Below the pieces are notes generated by a model. It worked only from the letters and a program-made list of their open reading frames with translations, was not told the DNA's origin and ran no database searches. Shown here one piece after another: positions 10,453 to 19,200 of a stretch of 64,000 bases of DNA. Source of the stretch: Methylobacter sp. (GTDB lineage Bacteria; Pseudomonadota; Gammaproteobacteria; Methylococcales; Methylomonadaceae); contig DAINRH010000001.1 of NCBI GenBank assembly GCA_036741905.1, positions 34,617 through 98,616 on the forward strand, written 5' to 3'. Made by a program: the position numbers and the translations under genes. How positions within the stretch are numbered: the first letter of the stretch is position 1; every line of letters starts with the position of its first letter.

Positions 10453-10760
10453 TAATTGACGTTAATGGAAACTGGCGTGGACAATTTTTTGGCGTTGTCC
10501 ATCGCGGTAATGGTCACCAAGGCCGCTTGTGTGTGCCGGTTTTGCTGAAGCTGATCCGGTAAGAGGTTGATCCGATCGGCTGCCCGGTCACCTGCCACAA
10601 GTAGCCAATGATCTTGCCGTATAGGGTTACCTTGGGTGACAGTGATAATCGGTGGTGTGCTAGGCGATGCTCCGTGGGCGACTTGATCTGTTAAAGACAG
10701 CGTGACCAACAGCAAGACCTGAAAAGGTTTGGCAAATGAAGATGTGAACAAACGATGCAT
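10449..10760 (-). pseudogene. decayed small secreted ORF carrying a frameshifted copy of the PKD-like 3' end of the giant gene
   Basis: 10449-10640 aligns at nucleotide level with 3334-3520. The C-termini are LVTITAMDNAKKLSTPVSINVNY versus SVTITGMDDAKELSTPVSINVAY. An alternative frame reads YGKIIGYLWQVTGQPIGSTSYRISFSKTG, so the ancestral frame is broken. The stop overlaps the giant gene's ATG (ATGA). Confidence 0.5.
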
Positions 10761-10858
10761 AACGGCCTCCTTATATTGAAGCGTGTATTGGGCAATAAAT
10801 TGTGTGAATTGATAAGCGCGAAAGACTGCGAAATAACGCGCCTTTTAAAAAGTTTGGG

Positions 10859-10900
10859 CAAAAAAAACCGAACACTGAAAGATCAGGTTCGGTTTTGGGT
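10859..10900 (-). terminator. rho-independent terminator ending the leftward plasmid-like gene array
   Basis: 8-bp stem AACCGAAC/GTTCGGTT (10866-10873 and 10887-10894). On the minus strand it is followed by T9; on the plus strand by TTTT. Confidence 0.7.
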
Positions 10901-10913
10901 TTAGTGCGGAAAA

Positions 10914-11189
10914 TTACAGATATTTCCGTTTGGTTTTGTTTAAATTATTGATGGCAACGCGCAAAACAACACTGTAAGGGTCGGTGAGTTTAAGCATTCG
11001 ACCCAGACACCTAGCGCGAGCTGCAATTTTGAGTCGTTGCCTGAGTTCAGGACCCGACTGAACTTGCTCACGTAGCCATCGAAGATAAGCATTTTCATCG
11101 CCACCATGCCAATTCGGTGAGGGCGAGGAAGGCGATGAATGATTACCGGGGTTATCAAGACAGTACGCATCGAATGCGTATTGGCACAT
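10914..11189 (-). CDS. hypothetical protein
   Basis: ORF with AGGAGG 6 nt upstream of the ATG at 11189. It is the last gene before the terminator. Confidence 0.5.
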   Translation of the reverse strand: MCQYAFDAYCLDNPGNHSSPSSPSPNWHGGDENAYLRWLREQVQSGPELRQRLKIAARARCLGRMLKLTDPYSVVLRVAINNLNKTKRKYL

Positions 11190-11202
11190 AGCAACCTCCT
11201 TT

Positions 11203-12285
11203 TTAGGAACAAGACCGAAGTGCAAACGCATTCGGGCCCCGCTGATTCAGGACATCCAGCCAGTCGATACTTTTGACTTCGACCGGTATTGGCCCTTTGG
11301 GTTCACGAATCACCGCTTCAATTCCCTGGGCTTCTGCACGCTCGGCAAGTTTTGTCGCAGCTTCAGACCCTGCCTGAATACCTCTTAACAATGACGGACG
11401 ATCTAAGTCCGACCAGATGATCAGTTTTTCAACCCCGTCAGGTATTTCAAACCTTGCCATCAATGTTGCATTAATCAACGGCCATGTCACCATACCGGTA
11501 GCTTCATTAACGGCCAAAGCCGTTTCAATGCCTTCAGTAACATATAACACGCGACCAGGATTTCCTAAGCGAATAGCCGACCCCGTCACAATCTTGTCAG
11601 ACGGTACCGGCATCCATTTCTTAGAATCTGCACTAACTTTACATCCATTGGGCATCAGAAACGTGCGATGAATGGTGATGGCTTCATTGCCCTTTTGGAT
11701 CAATGCAAGCATGGCAGGATAATAACCGATCAATTTACCGTTATCATCCTTGTACTGCATATTGGGATGAAAACGGATTGAAGGCCAATCGGGAATCAAG
11801 CTATCCAGGCCGCGAGACTGCAAATAAAGCCTTACAGGTTCGGCGTCTGGATGATGAAGCGATTTTGATTCCTGCCAAACAGTACGAAGAATCGCTTTTA
11901 GCCAGTTATCGTCCACAGAGGATTTTGACTTCGTACAAACAGGCCTCTGTGCAACAATGGGTCTTTGGTGATGTTCATCGGTCGACAACCCAAGTACATT
12001 GGAAACAGCCATTAATGCATCAGGAAAACGCCAACCTCTAAGCCACATCAATAACGAAAAACCATCCGGTTTGGCACCACAAGTATTGCAGATGCCTCCA
12101 CCTGAGATGTCGGCATCACGAAACAACTTAAAGCCATCTTTTCCACCGTGGACAGGACAACCAATATGCCTGCCAGGTTTTAAAATAGCGCGTTCAAGCT
12201 CGGGCGCCAGGGAATCTAAAACGGACAACCAGGAACCACGAACTGCATTTCTGATAACGTCAGATTCAAGCGACTGAGTGTTCAT
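11203..12285 (-). CDS. primase-like protein (P4-alpha-type Zn-ribbon plus Toprim domain)
   Basis: CPVHGGKDGFKLF...ICNTCGAKPDGFSLLMWL is a primase Zn-ribbon. VTEGIETALAV and IIWSDLD are Toprim-like acidic motifs. Confidence 0.7.
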   Translation of the reverse strand: MNTQSLESDVIRNAVRGSWLSVLDSLAPELERAILKPGRHIGCPVHGGKDGFKLFRDADISGGGICNTCGAKPDGFSLLMWLRGWRFPDALMAVSNVLGLSTDEHHQRPIVAQRPVCTKSKSSVDDNWLKAILRTVWQESKSLHHPDAEPVRLYLQSRGLDSLIPDWPSIRFHPNMQYKDDNGKLIGYYPAMLALIQKGNEAITIHRTFLMPNGCKVSADSKKWMPVPSDKIVTGSAIRLGNPGRVLYVTEGIETALAVNEATGMVTWPLINATLMARFEIPDGVEKLIIWSDLDRPSLLRGIQAGSEAATKLAERAEAQGIEAVIREPKGPIPVEVKSIDWLDVLNQRGPNAFALRSCS

Positions 12286-12509
12286 GCGATCACCTTATCG
12301 ACAATACCAACGGTCTTAATGAAAAACATCGCATTCAAATAAGATTCCTTACCGTTATCCCATCGAATCGTTACGTAGAAGTCCCTGCTACCTCGACCCA
12401 CTTCTTTGAGCCTAACAACTTCCCCCAATGATTCTTTGGTTACGCCAGGAAGAATATCGTCGCAAACGGGACGTACTTGAGTTCCAATTTTAATATTGCG
12501 GTAAAACAT
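12282..12509 (-). CDS. hypothetical protein (75 aa)
   Basis: ORF whose stop overlaps the primase start (ATGA). It is preceded by a hairpin element and GGAGAAA. Confidence 0.5.
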   Translation of the reverse strand: MFYRNIKIGTQVRPVCDDILPGVTKESLGEVVRLKEVGRGSRDFYVTIRWDNGKESYLNAMFFIKTVGIVDKVIA

Positions 12510-12527
12510 GATTTTTCTCCTAGAAAT

Positions 12528-12592
12528 GTCCCGACAACCGAGACTTCCTTAATGCCCGTCCAGGGAAAATTAAGGAAGTCCCGGAAGGCCGG
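12528..12592 (-). repeat. intergenic terminator-like hairpin element (family copy)
   Basis: Arms GACTTCCTTAAT/ATTAAGGAAGTC. The apex is a CCC-N5-GGG loop. The SD and ATG of 12282..12509 follow. Confidence 0.6.
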
Positions 12593-12607
12593 ATGAAAAA
12601 TCCATCC

Positions 12608-12659
12608 GAGAGAAAAACATGCCCCATAAGGAGAAAGTGTTTTTTCTCCCTGATGGGTG
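12608..12659 (-). repeat. intergenic hairpin element (second, tandem copy in the same gap)
   Basis: Sense strand: CACCC-ATC-AGGGAGAAAAAACAC...GTGTTTTTCTCTC. Confidence 0.55.
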
Positions 12660-12818
12660 ATTTAATTGAAGTATCTAACACAAGTACCCAGCGGTCACAT
12701 ACCTAAGATACTGGTAAAGGTAAAGCCAATTTGCATAATGTCACATCGACCAGATCCTCGTTTGCACGCTATAAAATAGCGATAAGTGAACCAATCCAAG
12801 CAACGCCATTAATCAAAT

Positions 12819-13055
12819 TCATAATAAACCTGCTTTTCTCAAACCATCTTCCACGCATTTATGAAGCGGTGATGGCGTGCAAGCAAAGTGCTGCAAGATT
12901 GAATTCAGCGTTTTATCATCAAGTTCAATGCCATAGTGTTCACGCGCAAGTTTTGCGGCTTGATACTCCGGCAAAGTCTCGTTGAGGATATTCTGGTAGT
13001 GCTCCGAGCACGCTTCCAGATCCTCGTCCAAAACATCGTCGGCTTCATTTAACAT
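12819..13055 (-). CDS. small acidic hypothetical protein (78 aa)
   Basis: ORF starting MLNEADDVLDEDLEACSEHY, with GGAGG upstream. Co-oriented in the array. Confidence 0.5.
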   Translation of the reverse strand: MLNEADDVLDEDLEACSEHYQNILNETLPEYQAAKLAREHYGIELDDKTLNSILQHFACTPSPLHKCVEDGLRKAGLL

Positions 13056-13063
13056 AAAACCTC

Positions 13064-13900
13064 CTAAGCAGCGTGAGCTACAAGCTTTTTGACTTGAACA
13101 GGACGATGTTCGGTAATTTCAACAACGTCATAATCCTCAAGAAGATTGATAAAATTGCTTCGGATAGAATCACATGCTGCATCAAACGCGCAAACCAGTT
13201 CAACACGATCGCGAAGACTTTCCATTGACCAATCTTCGGCACAAAAGTCCTCGCCCTGATCAATGCTTTTATTTGCCACCATTAATCGTGAAGGCGGAAC
13301 GCTGAAATTGGATCGAGGATTTCCACAAACACCACAGGCATTTGATAAGGAACAGTCTGCCAATTGAGATTTGAGCCGAATAATCACCGATAATTTCTCA
13401 TCATCTGAAATGGACAAGTCCTGAATTGTAGATTGCCCAAGATATACGTTAGGTAGCCAAGAATTCTGGCTTTTGAGTATTTCTTGAGCAATAACTTTTT
13501 CGTTATTGTCCTGAAAAGTTACCGGCGGCACTTTTTTGAAGTTCCGCTGAGAACAGGTAGGACAGTAACTAAGATGCCCGGTGAGTTGCAGATGAGAATC
13601 ATGCAAAACCAGATAACCGCTAGAACGTCCATTTGAACCAATGGTATAACGATGACCTTGCTCATAAGTAAAGTCGTCAATAGGACTTCTAATGTCATCC
13701 CAATAATCAACACCCAGTAATTCGTAAGCCTTATCATCCTGTGAAGACGACAAACCAAGACGGTGAAACTTGACATTATTGGCATAGGACGTTAGACGAT
13801 TCCAAGAACTCATGGTGTCGTAACGAAAATGCCCTTGTAAAAAACCTACCATTGCGGAACGGCTGCGACGGTCAACTTTCTTTTGATAAAATGGTGTCAT
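13064..13900 (-). CDS. hypothetical protein with two Cys pairs (possible Zn ribbon)
   Basis: 278-aa ORF with CPTCSQ and CGVCGN. Preceded by a hairpin element and SD. Confidence 0.55.
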   Translation of the reverse strand: MTPFYQKKVDRRSRSAMVGFLQGHFRYDTMSSWNRLTSYANNVKFHRLGLSSSQDDKAYELLGVDYWDDIRSPIDDFTYEQGHRYTIGSNGRSSGYLVLHDSHLQLTGHLSYCPTCSQRNFKKVPPVTFQDNNEKVIAQEILKSQNSWLPNVYLGQSTIQDLSISDDEKLSVIIRLKSQLADCSLSNACGVCGNPRSNFSVPPSRLMVANKSIDQGEDFCAEDWSMESLRDRVELVCAFDAACDSIRSNFINLLEDYDVVEITEHRPVQVKKLVAHAA

Positions 13901-13930
13901 GATGTTTCTCCTGCTTTGAAAAGTAAAAAG

Positions 13931-13980
13931 CGGGAAAAAACAATTGTCCCAGTGGGAAAATGAATTTTCCCGCGTGGGTG
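13931..13980 (-). repeat. intergenic hairpin element
   Basis: Arms CGGGAAAA/TTTTCCCG, apex TCCC-ACT-GGGA, 5' ACCC-ACG-CGGG. Upstream of 13064..13900. Confidence 0.6.
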
Positions 13981-14003
13981 AATAATATTATTTAAAGGTT
14001 AAA

Positions 14004-14426
14004 TCAATCGCCGGATATACTGTATCCAGTAATTGAAAACCGGTAAGAACCTGTTTCATTGCGATCAAGGCCAGAAGTAAAGTCCTCACGTACAAGACGC
14101 AATATTTCCTCCAAACCCGACTGCAAATCATCAGTTTCCTGACCTTCTATATCAGCGCTCAGTTTTAAGCCGGATGAATCGGCACATGGAGAATCAATGA
14201 TTTTTTCCAACCGAGTGATTTCCGATTTAGCTTGATCAAGAGCTTTGCTTAACTCGAAATAGCAAATTCCTAAATCCGGCCAGTCTAAAGATTCCTCCCA
14301 AACCGGTTCGCCTTCATCTGACACGCCAATAGCACTTAGTTCAATCGTTTGCTTAATCTCTAAAGACGCTTTGCAAACATTGATTAAAGTGCGTAAAGAA
14401 ACGCCTGGTATTGTGATAGTACTCAT
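14004..14426 (-). CDS. acidic hypothetical protein
   Basis: ORF from MSTITIPG (ATG 14426), D/E-rich. Preceded by a hairpin element. Confidence 0.5.
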   Translation of the reverse strand: MSTITIPGVSLRTLINVCKASLEIKQTIELSAIGVSDEGEPVWEESLDWPDLGICYFELSKALDQAKSEITRLEKIIDSPCADSSGLKLSADIEGQETDDLQSGLEEILRLVREDFTSGLDRNETGSYRFSITGYSISGD

Positions 14427-14445
14427 AGTGATTTCCAAAAAAAAA

Positions 14446-14493
14446 CCGGTAAACACTAATATCCGCGACGGGAAAGTGTTTCCCGGTCGGGTT
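14446..14493 (-). repeat. intergenic hairpin element
   Basis: Arms CCGGGAAACACT/AGTGTTTACCGG followed by T8. Upstream of 14004..14426. Confidence 0.6.
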
Positions 14494-14509
14494 AAATGAA
14501 AAGAATGAA

Positions 14510-16111
14510 TTAAGCAGCGGTTACCGAAGCAACTTTGCCGCCATCATCCAGGGTAATAACAAACGACTTGCTATTTAGCGATGGACAATTAAAAGAACTA
14601 GGTATCAATTTCTTCATTGCATCAGCAGGATCACTTGCGGTATTTGCGACAGTAAACGAGGAAAAAGCATAGACATCGGACTCATGCGTTGATTCCTGAA
14701 ACTCGTCGTACTCAGATTTATAGCTTGAAATCTGTTTTAGGATATAACCTGAAGCATCACCCTTTGGCACAACAGCTAAACCACTTTGATCTTCACCGTG
14801 GTAGAAAGCGGAGTCGGCAATTTCAACCACATCGTTGCCAATCTGAATTCGGTACGCGTCACAAAAATGCACATAGACCGTAGTCCACTCGCCTTCAAAA
14901 AGCGCTCCGTGTGATGCATTGACCAGTTCAGTCGTCAATTCTTCATCATCGAGATACCGAATCATAGGATAAATCCAGTGAGCATTATCAAGTCCATCGT
15001 TATAAATCAGGCTTTCCCTTTTCCATGCGAACATGTGCAAAGCAGAGCCTTCATTCTGCATATCATCATTAAAGTTAACAACTTCGCGACTTTCAACTTC
15101 TGATCTGGTCAATGCTTTGTCAGGGTGACGCGTAAAATCGCTATAGACTTCGGTGTCACACACAGGGTAATCGTCATATTCGTGAAGAACTTCACGAGGA
15201 ACAACGGGAACGTCATTAAGCAAGCTTAATAGTTTCCAGTGCTTCAGCGTGTCGTAAAAGAGCACAAAAACATCAGCAGGTGCTGTAGTTTTAAACAACG
15301 TAAAATGCTTCTCCATTTCTTGCGCTAAGACAGTCCTGACAAGAGCAATGACTTCTTTTTCATCAATAAGCTTATCCCGATCCGGTAAACGCGCATAAAA
15401 ACGCGAAGAATCAAGATGAATAACATGCTTCATGGAGACTCTATGGTTACTATACGACTTGTAAACGGGCAGGCCTTGTAAGTACACTTCAAAATCACGA
15501 ACAGTACTGTTCGAATTATCAACACCATCCAAATAGACGGCACCAATTTCGGTGTCTACGAAGTGAAGTCCTGAATCAAGCGCACATTTTCTATCAAGGC
15601 TTGTGCCGTTGAATTCAACTGGAATCGGAAAACCCTGTGCAAGCTGATTAAGCATGCTCTCGATTTGTTCGATTTCCAGATCAACGCCAAGCATTGTGAT
15701 AGCGGTAATGCCGTCCCAGTCAGTCACAGGTGATACGATGACAGGCTTGAACGACAGTACATCGTCAGTATTAACGGAAATACGACCGCTTTTACTGACA
15801 ACCGTCATGTGACGACAAGCAAATAAGGCGGACAAAAAGCCGATACCAAATGGATGCTCTTGAGCAACCACATCAGCGTCCCATCCGGATTCAGCGACAG
15901 TCAACAGGGTCTCGATAGAATCGATACCGCAACCATCATCAGTTACCCGAAGAATTTTGGTTTCAGGTGCAAACTCAAAAACGACTTGAGTCGCATTAGC
16001 GCGGCGGGCGTTTTGCATCAGCTCGCCAAGAACCGTGGTCTTATTGGTAAAGCTGAATTTCAAGCTTTTTACCAGGTTGGCTTGGTTAACTTTCATTGCT
16101 ACTTCTTTCAT
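14510..16111 (-). CDS. GHKL-superfamily (HATPase_c_3-like) ATP-binding protein
   Basis: ELMQNARRANATQVVFEF...LRVTDDGCGI are the N-box and G1-box of Bergerat-fold ATPases. GGAG lies 7 nt upstream of the ATG. Confidence 0.65.
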   Translation of the reverse strand: MKEVAMKVNQANLVKSLKFSFTNKTTVLGELMQNARRANATQVVFEFAPETKILRVTDDGCGIDSIETLLTVAESGWDADVVAQEHPFGIGFLSALFACRHMTVVSKSGRISVNTDDVLSFKPVIVSPVTDWDGITAITMLGVDLEIEQIESMLNQLAQGFPIPVEFNGTSLDRKCALDSGLHFVDTEIGAVYLDGVDNSNSTVRDFEVYLQGLPVYKSYSNHRVSMKHVIHLDSSRFYARLPDRDKLIDEKEVIALVRTVLAQEMEKHFTLFKTTAPADVFVLFYDTLKHWKLLSLLNDVPVVPREVLHEYDDYPVCDTEVYSDFTRHPDKALTRSEVESREVVNFNDDMQNEGSALHMFAWKRESLIYNDGLDNAHWIYPMIRYLDDEELTTELVNASHGALFEGEWTTVYVHFCDAYRIQIGNDVVEIADSAFYHGEDQSGLAVVPKGDASGYILKQISSYKSEYDEFQESTHESDVYAFSSFTVANTASDPADAMKKLIPSSFNCPSLNSKSFVITLDDGGKVASVTAA

Positions 16112-16140
16112 GGTTTATCTCCAAATTTCAATTAAAAAAA

Positions 16141-16186
16141 CCGGGAGACAAAACATTCCCACTGGGAAGTCGGTTCCCGGCGGGTT
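16141..16186 (-). repeat. intergenic hairpin element
   Basis: Arms CCGGGA/TCCCGG, apex TTCCC-AGT-GGGAA, then T7. Upstream of 14510..16111. Confidence 0.6.
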
Positions 16187-16457
16187 AAAAAATAAATCTA
16201 ATAAAATCGCATCACGGCTAAGCCGTTTCATAAGTATCACGCCGGAGCGCTTCATTGATTCCTTATTTAAAGTGCTGAACTGGCACTGCTCTTGAGTCCT
16301 CTTAGAGAACTACAAAAAATCGTCTTTCCACAATACTTAAACCAAGCACTCTGGAAAGACGGTAAAGGCATTATGCCAGTTACTGTCAAAATAGTAAGAT
16401 CAAAAGACGCTCAAATTACGCGTCTTTTGAGGGGGTAAAATTAACTCAGTTCGTGAG
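16185..16457 (-). repeat. ~270-bp structured intergenic module, copy A (upstream of the GHKL ATPase gene)
   Basis: Near-identical to 24840-25108. Contains hairpins CAAAAGACGC/GCGTCTTTTG, CGTCTTTCCA/TGGAAAGACG, AGTGC/GCACT and ACGGC/GCCGT. Confidence 0.85.
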
Positions 16458-16938
16458 CGAAAACTTCTGCTACGGACGAGATTGCTTTTAGCGGAGTTGC
16501 TTCAAGGTTGTCAAAGCCAACAAGACGGTACTGATTCATCCATGTGGATTCGCAATCGGAACATCTGACAAGACCCCACGCGGACAGTTCATCAGCCTCA
16601 ATGCCAACATTGGCCTGAACATTATTAGCGCCACAATTCGGACAAAATTGGCCGTCACGAGCAACATAATTTTCCTGTTGCTTATTGATTACAGGATATT
16701 CTGCATCAAACGCGGCAAAAACATCTGCCACACAAGAATCATTATGAATAATGGCCTCAATGTGACCAATAAATTCCGTGCCATCCTCAAGCATCGCTAT
16801 CTCGTCGCCATCGGCACCCTCAATATCGAAATCCTGAATAGCAACCTGAATGGGAGCGGAGGAATTCGAATAAATCGCTTGAACAATGCCTCCTTCAACG
16901 TGAATGACAAGACGGATTTGATTTGTATTTGTAGTCAT
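16441..16938 (-). CDS. hypothetical protein, paralog of 17035..17364, with a C-terminal 4-Cys region
   Basis: The MTTNTNQIRLVIHVEGGIVQAIYS N-terminus resembles the neighbouring gene. CPNCGA...CSDCES is present. Confidence 0.55.
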   Translation of the reverse strand: MTTNTNQIRLVIHVEGGIVQAIYSNSSAPIQVAIQDFDIEGADGDEIAMLEDGTEFIGHIEAIIHNDSCVADVFAAFDAEYPVINKQQENYVARDGQFCPNCGANNVQANVGIEADELSAWGLVRCSDCESTWMNQYRLVGFDNLEATPLKAISSVAEVFAHELS

Positions 16939-16963
16939 GGTGTTTTTCCAAAAAATATAAAAA

Positions 16964-17009
16964 GGGAAAACACCGGCCCGTCGAGGAAAGTTGTTTTCCC
17001 TGAAGGGTT
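16964..17009 (-). repeat. intergenic hairpin element
   Basis: Arms GGGAAAACA/TGTTTTCCC. Upstream of 16441..16938. Confidence 0.6.
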
Positions 17010-17034
17010 AAGTCAATCTAAGTGAGTTATTCGC

Positions 17035-17364
17035 TCAATTGAGTATTGTGGTTGCTTTCATAACACTGAGCGCAATAGGCATCGCCAAGTCTTTTTGCTG
17101 TTTGTCGACCATGTGAATTTCTTCGTCAAATGCCGCAAAAACTTCTGCCACATAATTAGAATCATCCATGGAAGTGACATCATCGAGAGCGACAAACTGA
17201 TCACCATTGGTGAGTGTTACAAGCTCGCTATCATCGGCGCCATCTGCCATATCGTAATCCGCAATAATAAACCTTATAGGTACCAATGAGTCCGAATAAA
17301 CGTCTTTCACAAGTCCTTCTTCGACGCGGATAACGATACGGATTTCATTTGCATTTGTAGTCAT
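17035..17364 (-). CDS. acidic hypothetical protein, paralog of the N-half of 16441..16938
   Basis: MTTNANEIRIVIRVEEGLVKDVYSDSLVPIRFIIADYDM compares with MTTNTNQIRLVIHVEGGIVQAIYSNSSAPIQVAIQDFDI. Confidence 0.55.
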   Translation of the reverse strand: MTTNANEIRIVIRVEEGLVKDVYSDSLVPIRFIIADYDMADGADDSELVTLTNGDQFVALDDVTSMDDSNYVAEVFAAFDEEIHMVDKQQKDLAMPIALSVMKATTILN

Positions 17365-17390
17365 GGTGCTTCTCCAAAAAATAAAAAAAA

Positions 17391-17434
17391 GGGAAACACT
17401 ATGCCCATCAGGGAAGTGTTTTCCCTATTGGGTT
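17391..17434 (-). repeat. intergenic hairpin element
   Basis: Arms GGGAAAACACT/AGTGTTTCCC, apex TCCC-TGAT-GGG, then T8AT6 and GGAG. Upstream of 17035..17364. Confidence 0.65.
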
Positions 17435-17480
17435 AAGTCAATCGTGGTGAGTTATAGCTTATGAGCGTGACGTTTATAAT

Positions 17481-18701
17481 TTAAGATGGTTTGTCCTGGC
17501 TTTGGGCCATACGTGTAACACTATCTTTCTCGTACCACCGACTGTTCCGGTAGTCCTCATCACCGATTTCGTCAACCAAAAAGCAGTCAATGTCATCAGC
17601 AAATTCCTGGTCAGATCCTTTGTTAAACAAAGCATTCAGATCAACCAACACCTCGGCCTTTTGAATCGCATCAACATGGCTTTCAGCTTCAATATCGCAT
17701 ACCTTGACACGCACAATGGCGTAGATGTGGACGTTGTGTTTTTTGACACCATTGCTGGAAGATGGGACGGTATACAGCAACCGTTTTTCAACCAGCATTT
17801 CCTCAGTAATGTCGACCAACTGGTCAACACAAAAGAATTCGAGAATCGACTCTTTAACGCTGACATAGTGCGGCCCAACATGATCAGTCAACCCGTAAAC
17901 GAGTTCATCGCTTGGGTAGTTGTCATCTTCCAACTGATGAATCACTTCAGCAGACAAGGCAAGAACGCGATCGGTAACATCAAGATCACAAGCGCCATCA
18001 ATATCCATCGCGGTGTCGTGAACCCAAGCCTGCGGCTGGAAATGAGCAATGACGCGCCGATCATCAACGACTTGAACGTCTACAGGTAAAACTTGATACC
18101 TGTTGTTATCGGCTAATTCGGCTTGGCTTAGTAAAACACTTACACCAAGCGGAAAATTAACCGAATAACAGTGCTCTTGTCCGAACAATACATGACAAAT
18201 AACCCCATCTGCATTAGGCCCGGTAAAAACATCCTGGTCAGAGTCAGTGTCCGAAGTTTCGCCTTGAATGGAGATAAGTCGAGTTCCAACAGGAAGATGG
18301 ATCAATTTAGTATCGTCACCAATGCTCTCATAACACTGAGCGCAATAAGCCTCATTAAACAAGGTAGTAACTTTTGCTCTGCACTGGTCACAAGTCCAAT
18401 AAGGCTTATCGAACGTAAAATCCTGATATTCCCAGTTGTGCCGGGCAGCAAGATTTTTTGCCAGAGTGCGAAGATCCTCAAGATTAGACATACCAGCATC
18501 AGCGATACAATAAGCCTCATTATTGAGATTTCTTGTATAAGCTGAGAAAAATTGAGGATTATCGTCATCAACTTCACAAATGGTTTCATTCGCTTCGGGA
18601 TCGAATTCGCCTTTTACCCCGTGAATCTCAATGCTCACGTAAAGCTCGGGCTTGGATTCAAGAAGGCTGGTATATTGGTCAAAATATTCATCATCAAACA
18701 T
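17481..18701 (-). CDS. hypothetical protein (about 406 aa)
   Basis: Long ORF. The start MFDDEYF at 18701 has GGAGAACC upstream. CDQCRAKV...CAQC Cys pairs are present. Confidence 0.55.
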   Translation of the reverse strand: MFDDEYFDQYTSLLESKPELYVSIEIHGVKGEFDPEANETICEVDDDNPQFFSAYTRNLNNEAYCIADAGMSNLEDLRTLAKNLAARHNWEYQDFTFDKPYWTCDQCRAKVTTLFNEAYCAQCYESIGDDTKLIHLPVGTRLISIQGETSDTDSDQDVFTGPNADGVICHVLFGQEHCYSVNFPLGVSVLLSQAELADNNRYQVLPVDVQVVDDRRVIAHFQPQAWVHDTAMDIDGACDLDVTDRVLALSAEVIHQLEDDNYPSDELVYGLTDHVGPHYVSVKESILEFFCVDQLVDITEEMLVEKRLLYTVPSSSNGVKKHNVHIYAIVRVKVCDIEAESHVDAIQKAEVLVDLNALFNKGSDQEFADDIDCFLVDEIGDEDYRNSRWYEKDSVTRMAQSQDKPS

Positions 18702-18723
18702 AAGGTTCTCCAAAAAATAAAAG

Positions 18724-18776
18724 CGGGAAACCCAAAGCAACCCAATTGGGAAACGATTAGAGTTCCCCTGGTGGGT
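18724..18776 (-). repeat. intergenic hairpin element
   Basis: Apex CCCAATTGGG with imperfect GGGGAAC/GTTTCCCG arms. Upstream of 17481..18701. Confidence 0.55.
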
Positions 18777-18787
18777 AAAATTAATAA

Positions 18788-19072
18788 TTAAACAGACTTT
18801 TCCATGTAAAACATTTCAAAGACGTCATCAAATTCTTCAAACATCGAGTAAAAATTCTTCGGAGCATAAAGATCCTTGAATTCTTTCAACGCTGCTGTAG
18901 TGGACTTTCTTTTACGACTCAACCAAACTTTTTTAATACCGGGTTGCTCGCAAAATGCCGTTATTGCCTTTCTGATTTCCAATTGCTTGGTAAAGCCAGA
19001 GCCATTGTTATTCCAATAGCTGGCAGCATCTTTCGGAATCGTTTTCAGGTTGTGGACAATTACTTTTTTCAT
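18788..19072 (-). CDS. hypothetical protein
   Basis: ORF from MKKVIVHNLK, preceded by a hairpin element. Confidence 0.45.
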   Translation of the reverse strand: MKKVIVHNLKTIPKDAASYWNNNGSGFTKQLEIRKAITAFCEQPGIKKVWLSRKRKSTTAALKEFKDLYAPKNFYSMFEEFDDVFEMFYMEKSV

Positions 19073-19094
19073 CTTCGTAGTCTCTCTAGAAAAA

Positions 19095-19140
19095 CGGGAA
19101 ACCACATAAGCCCAATAGGGAATGTGATTCCCGGTTGGGT
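19095..19140 (-). repeat. intergenic hairpin element
   Basis: Arms GGGAATCACAT/ATGTGGTTTCCC, apex CCCT-ATT-GGGC. Upstream of 18788..19072. Confidence 0.6.
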
Positions 19141-19200
19141 AAAGAATTGAAAAAATGGCGAATCAAAAACCTGATTTGCCGGTTAAAGATTAAATGAACG

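Noticed and set aside
16281-16295. TGGCAC-N5-TTGA on the plus strand of each 270-bp repeat as a sigma54 promoter.
   Set aside because: The conserved -12 GC is GA here, and no enhancer-binding protein or UAS is evident. It is kept only as a note inside the repeat finding.
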